From: Macrostomum lignano
Taxonomy: Eukaryota
DNA: 64,000 nucleotides
NCBI GenBank assembly: GCA_002269645.1
Contig: NIVC01001370.1
Coordinates: forward strand, 1 to 64,000
Reading direction: 5' to 3'
The translations under genes were made by a program, and so were the position numbers. Positions 60,067-64,000 of this stretch are shown here, in pieces; position 1 is the first letter of the stretch, and each line of letters begins with the position of its first letter. The notes under the pieces were generated by a model. It worked only from the letters and a program-made list of their open reading frames with translations. It did not search any database and had not been told where the DNA came from.

Positions 60067-60665
60067 TCAGATTTTCAGTGGCGTATTAACAACGCTGCCG
60101 TAGCGGCCTCGTTTGCTGCTGGCGCCACCGGCGCGCCTCGATTTTGGCGTCGTAGCGGCGCCGGCAGCCGCGCCGGCTCCGCGCTTACCAGGCGGACGTC
60201 CGGGACGCTTGCGACCACCGGCCGTTTGACCGGCTTCCGGTTGCTTCTTCCGCTTATCCTCCATGGCGACTTCGGCATTCGAATCGGCACTGGCTTTCGA
60301 CGAGCTTTCCTCAAAGCCGCCGGCGCCTCCGCTGCGGCAGGCGCGACCGAAAAATTTCGGCAGCAACTGGCGCCGCAACAGAACCCGATCGATGACGTAA
60401 TCGCTGGCGCCGGCGCCGGCTGATGGCGCCGCTAGGGCGCCAAGTTCGACTAGCTTTTTAACCAGACTGCCGGCCGATTGGACGGGCACAGACAGGCGCT
60501 CGGACAGGCGGCCGGGTGTCACGGGATCGTTGAGTTCCAGTAGGGCGTTGAGCGCGGCGCGGACCAGACAGAATGAGCGCCGTTCGACAGGGGCGCGCAT
60601 TCGCTGCAGCAGCTGGTCGTGCGAATTGTCGGCCAGATTGCCGGTTTCGCAGAGAAATTTCGACT
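60067..60665 (-). CDS. HORMAD1: HORMAD/Hop1-like last exon: winged-helix-like domain and basic tail
   Basis: CTCTGCAG acceptor; VTPGRLSERLSVPVQSAGSLVKKLVELGAL wHTH-like pattern; C-terminal GRYGSVVNTPLKI*. Confidence 0.8.
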
Positions 60666-60779
60666 CTGCAGAGCGGAGAGAGTGGGAAGGCGGTAACAAG
60701 TGAATGCACAAGTGCTCAGGCCGATAGATAGAGATATGAATGCCTGACCATTCTAAAATATGCCTGAAAAAATAAGAAA

Positions 60780-61190
60780 CGTACCTAAACAAAGACATAC
60801 CGGCACAAAGGCATACTATCGTATTTGAACATGCACACATACCGGAACAGACACATACCTGAATTAAGATACATGCCGAAAAAAAACTAACCAGAACAAA
60901 GACACATACCTGAATAAAGACACATGCCGAAAAAAGACACACTGGAACAAAGACACATACCTGAATAAAGACATACTGGAACAAAGACATACTGGAATAA
61001 AGACATACTGGAACAAAGACACATACCGGAACAAACACACATACTAGAACAAAGACACATACTGTAACAAACACATATCTGAATAAAGACATACTGGAAT
61101 AAAGACATACAGGAACAAAGACACATACCGGAACAAAGACACATACCGGAACAAAGACACACACCGGAACAAAGAGACATACCGAGTATC
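60780..61190. repeat. ~18-22 bp intronic repeat (GGAACAAAGACACATACC)
   Basis: Tandem copies inside the 636-nt intron 60666-61301. Confidence 0.85.
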
Positions 61191-61301
61191 CGAGCAAAAA
61201 TACATTGAAGCGAACAAAGTACAAAACAGACACTGGTATGCATTTGAACAGAAAACACCTCAGTCCGTAAGGATACCCGTCTAAACAAAAACACCGCTTA
61301 C

Positions 61302-61705
61302 CAATGCAGACCTCGCAATAGTGCACAGGGGGCGCTTCGCTCTCCCGCAGGATGCCAAAGCAGACTGCGTGCTGCCACAGTTCGCAGGCCTCGCAGCGGA
61401 TCATGATGCCCATGTCGGCGTCCCGCTCGCACGGACAGCGAACCGACAGCTCCTCTTCTTCATCATCGCCGATGTCGCCAGCCTCTTCATTATCGGCAAC
61501 AGCTGATCCGCTTAAATTATTGTTATTAGCGTCCGATAATTCGGACACTTCAGACGGCGAAACCGCGGCGGCGGCGGCCCCAGAAGCGGGCGTCAGTTGT
61601 TTATTTGGCCTGGCCTTCTTGCCTTGCTGCTGGCGCTTAGAGTTAGACTTGTTGCTAGCCGAATCGCGGAAATAATCCCGACCGGTTGACAGCATCATGT
61701 GGAAG
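61302..61705 (-). CDS. HORMAD1: HORMAD exon: end of HORMA, linker and PHD finger
   Basis: VRCPC...IRCEACELWQHAVCFG...HYCEVC (C4HC3); CCCCAG acceptor, G|GTAAG donor. Confidence 0.88.
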
Positions 61706-61799
61706 CTGGGGAATGAGCGATGGCGAATGATATTAGAATGATGGCACTGATCGACAACTGCCGGTCAAAAACAATAATCACTGCGATAAACGGACCTGA

Positions 61800-61948
61800 C
61801 AGACAATCAGACAGACAGAAAGACAGACAGACAGACAATGACCAGACAGAAAGACAGACAGACAGACAGACAGACAGCAGGCAGACAGACAGACAGACAG
61901 CAGACAGACAGACAGACAGACAGACAGCAGGCAGGCAGGCAGGCAGGC

Positions 61949-62005
<57 letters not shown>

Positions 62006-62158
62006 GCAGGCAGGCAGGCAGACAGACAGACAGACTGATAGACAGACAATGACCAGACAGAAAGACAGACAGACAGACAGACAGACAGACAGCAGGCAGA
62101 CAGACAGACAGACAGACAGCAGGCAGGCAGGCAGACAGACAGACAGACTGATAGACAG
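61800..62158. repeat. (GACA)n/(GGCA)n microsatellite
   Basis: Direct inspection. Confidence 0.97.
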
Positions 62159-62382
62159 GCGGATATATTAGGAGTCAAAAACAAGCAAGCAGAACAATGA
62201 AACAGAGGTGAGGGTATAAACTAAATAATTTTCAATAACAGAAAAAATCAACATAGAAAAATTCAGCAGTAAACCAAAATATAAACAACAAAATCTAATA
62301 GCATAGCAACCCAAATACGAGCTAAAGGTAAAGCAACCTCCAAAAATCATTGCTATGAAAAATGAGCCAATATTGTACATAC

Positions 62383-62393
62383 CCATTGAATTT
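62383..62393 (-). CDS. HORMAD1: 11-nt microexon (K-F-N-G) of HORMAD
   Basis: TTTTCAG|AAATTCAATGG|GTATGT; needed to keep frame between flanking exons. Confidence 0.75.
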
Positions 62394-62498
62394 CTGAAAA
62401 AAGAAATAGAGTACCGATATGGTTAAAACTTGAGCGACAAGAATAAAATGGCAGGGAAAATTCAAAATCCCGACAGCCAAATTAAACTGCGAACTCAC

Positions 62499-62599
62499 GG
62501 TGAACACGTCGCCAAGCCGCAACTCGATCTCCTCCTCGGGCAGGCGGGCTGGGCTGTCCGGGTCAGCGCGGAAGCCGGGCGGCTCGTATTCATCTGGGG
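62499..62599 (-). CDS. HORMAD1: HORMA domain exon ([10 protein letters not shown]...LRLGDVFT)
   Basis: Matches the HORMAD TPPDYQPPGF motif; CAG acceptor, GTGAG donor. Confidence 0.92.
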
Positions 62600-62604
62600 C
62601 TGGG

Positions 62605-62672
62605 TATAGATGGATAGATAGATGGATATATAGATAGATAGATAGATAGATAGAAAGATATATGGATAGATG

Positions 62673-62719
<47 letters not shown>

Positions 62720-62784
62720 GGATAGATAGATAGATAGATAGATAGATGGATAGATAGATAGATAGATAGATAGAAAGATATATG

Positions 62785-62851
<67 letters not shown>

Positions 62852-62852
62852 G

Positions 62853-62886
<34 letters not shown>

Positions 62887-62890
62887 CAGA
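62605..62890. repeat. (GATA)n microsatellite filling an intron
   Basis: Direct inspection. Confidence 0.97.
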
Positions 62891-62897
62891 CACTCAC

Positions 62898-63194
62898 TGT
62901 TTCCATTGTAGAATAGCCTCATCTTCATCACCACATTGTCGGTCAGCGGGGCGACGGTCTGAGAAGCCATGATAATGGTCCGCAGAAGTCGGATTGTCGC
63001 GTCGCGAATGGCCTCGTGCGACGTGACGCCGGGAGGAGCAGTCTGCTGCTGGCGTTTGCGCTGCTGCTGTTGCTGCAGCTGTTCTTGGCTGCTGCTCAGA
63101 TCGCAGCTGGCGAACATGTCCTGCGACATGGCGTCCATTCCGGAACTGCAATGAGCGGATAAGTGCGCATGGGCGACAGGTTTTTCGGCGAATC
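62898..63194 (-). CDS. HORMAD1: HORMA domain exon; upstream exons lie beyond the window
   Basis: [32 protein letters not shown] matches HORMAD/Hop1 LxRxLxxxxQxLxPLPxxxxxxMKLxY; A|GTGAG donor. Confidence 0.88.
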
Positions 63195-63234
63195 CTTGTA
63201 ACACAGGCCGCGTGGTTTAATGCCAAGTAAGCTG

Positions 63235-64000
63235 GGGAGGCTGGCCCAGCAACTGACACTCTGGGAGGCTGGCCCAGCTACTGAGGATCTGGGAGGCTGG
63301 CCCAGCAACTGAGGATCTGGGAGGCTGGCCCAGCAACTGAGGATCTGGGAGGCTGGCCCAGCAACTGAGGATCTGGGAGGCTGGCCCAGCAACTGAGGAT
63401 CTGGTAGGCTGGCCCAGTAACTGACACTCTGGGAGGCTGGCCCAGTAACTGACACTCTGGGAGGCTGGCCCAGCAACTGAGGATCTGGGAGGCTGGCCCA
63501 GCAACTGAGGATCTAGGAGGCTGGCCCAGCTACTGAGGATCTAGGAGGCTGGCCCAGCAACTGAGGATCTGGGAGGCTGGCCCAGCAACTGAGGATCTAG
63601 GAGGCTGGCCCAGCAACTGAGGATCTGGGAGGCTGGCCCAGCAACTGAGGATTTGGGAGGCTGGCCCAGCAACTGAGGATCTGGGAGGCTGGCCCAGCAA
63701 CTGGGGATCTGGGAGGCTGGCCCAGCAACTGAGGATCTGGGAGGCTGGCCCAGCAACTGAGGATCTGGGAGGCTGGCCCAGCAACTGAGGATCTGGTAGG
63801 CTGGCCCAGCAACTGGGGATCTGGGAGGCTGGCCCAGCAACTGGGGATCTGGGAGGCTGGCCCAGCAACTGAGGATCTGGTAGGCTGGCCCAGCAACTGA
63901 GGATCTGGGAGGCTGGCCCAGTAACTGACACTCTGGGAGGCTGGCCCAGCAACTAAGGATCTGGGAGGCTGGCCCAGCAACTGAGGATCTGGGAGGCTGG
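63235..64000. repeat. 28-bp minisatellite in a HORMAD intron
   Basis: GGCTGGCCCAGCAACTGAGGATCTGGGA; explains ORFs 63096-63980. Confidence 0.96.

Overview
Eukaryotic (animal) genomic DNA, not prokaryotic: GT-AG spliced genes with GC-rich exons, AT-rich intergenic DNA, many transposon relics and satellite-filled introns. The style suggests a free-living flatworm such as Macrostomum (inference). All recognisable host genes are on the minus strand: ZSWIM8 (first 3 exons, runs off the left edge), CUEDC2, IGBP1/alpha4, a single-exon rhodopsin-like GPCR plus a partial pseudogene copy, a 3-exon orphan secreted protein with four-helix cytokine-like layout, and the 3' part of a meiotic HORMAD with PHD and winged-helix domains and an 11-nt microexon. 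Mobile DNA includes two mariners (one with a satellite amplified from its own transposase), a piggyBac split by a 4.5-kb Helitron, a PHD-bearing Mutator relic with a nested MITE, RTE-type LINEs, a Penelope relic with a hammerhead-like core, tRNA-derived SINEs and a nearly intact THAP/P-element transposase. Best leads: the cytokine-like gene, a RIP-like CpA/TpG->TpA bias in repeats, the IGBP1-CUEDC2-ZSWIM8 cluster with unpaired splice acceptors, and the HORMA-PHD-wHTH gene. All alignments and counts were done by eye; family names come from recalled motifs, not database searches.
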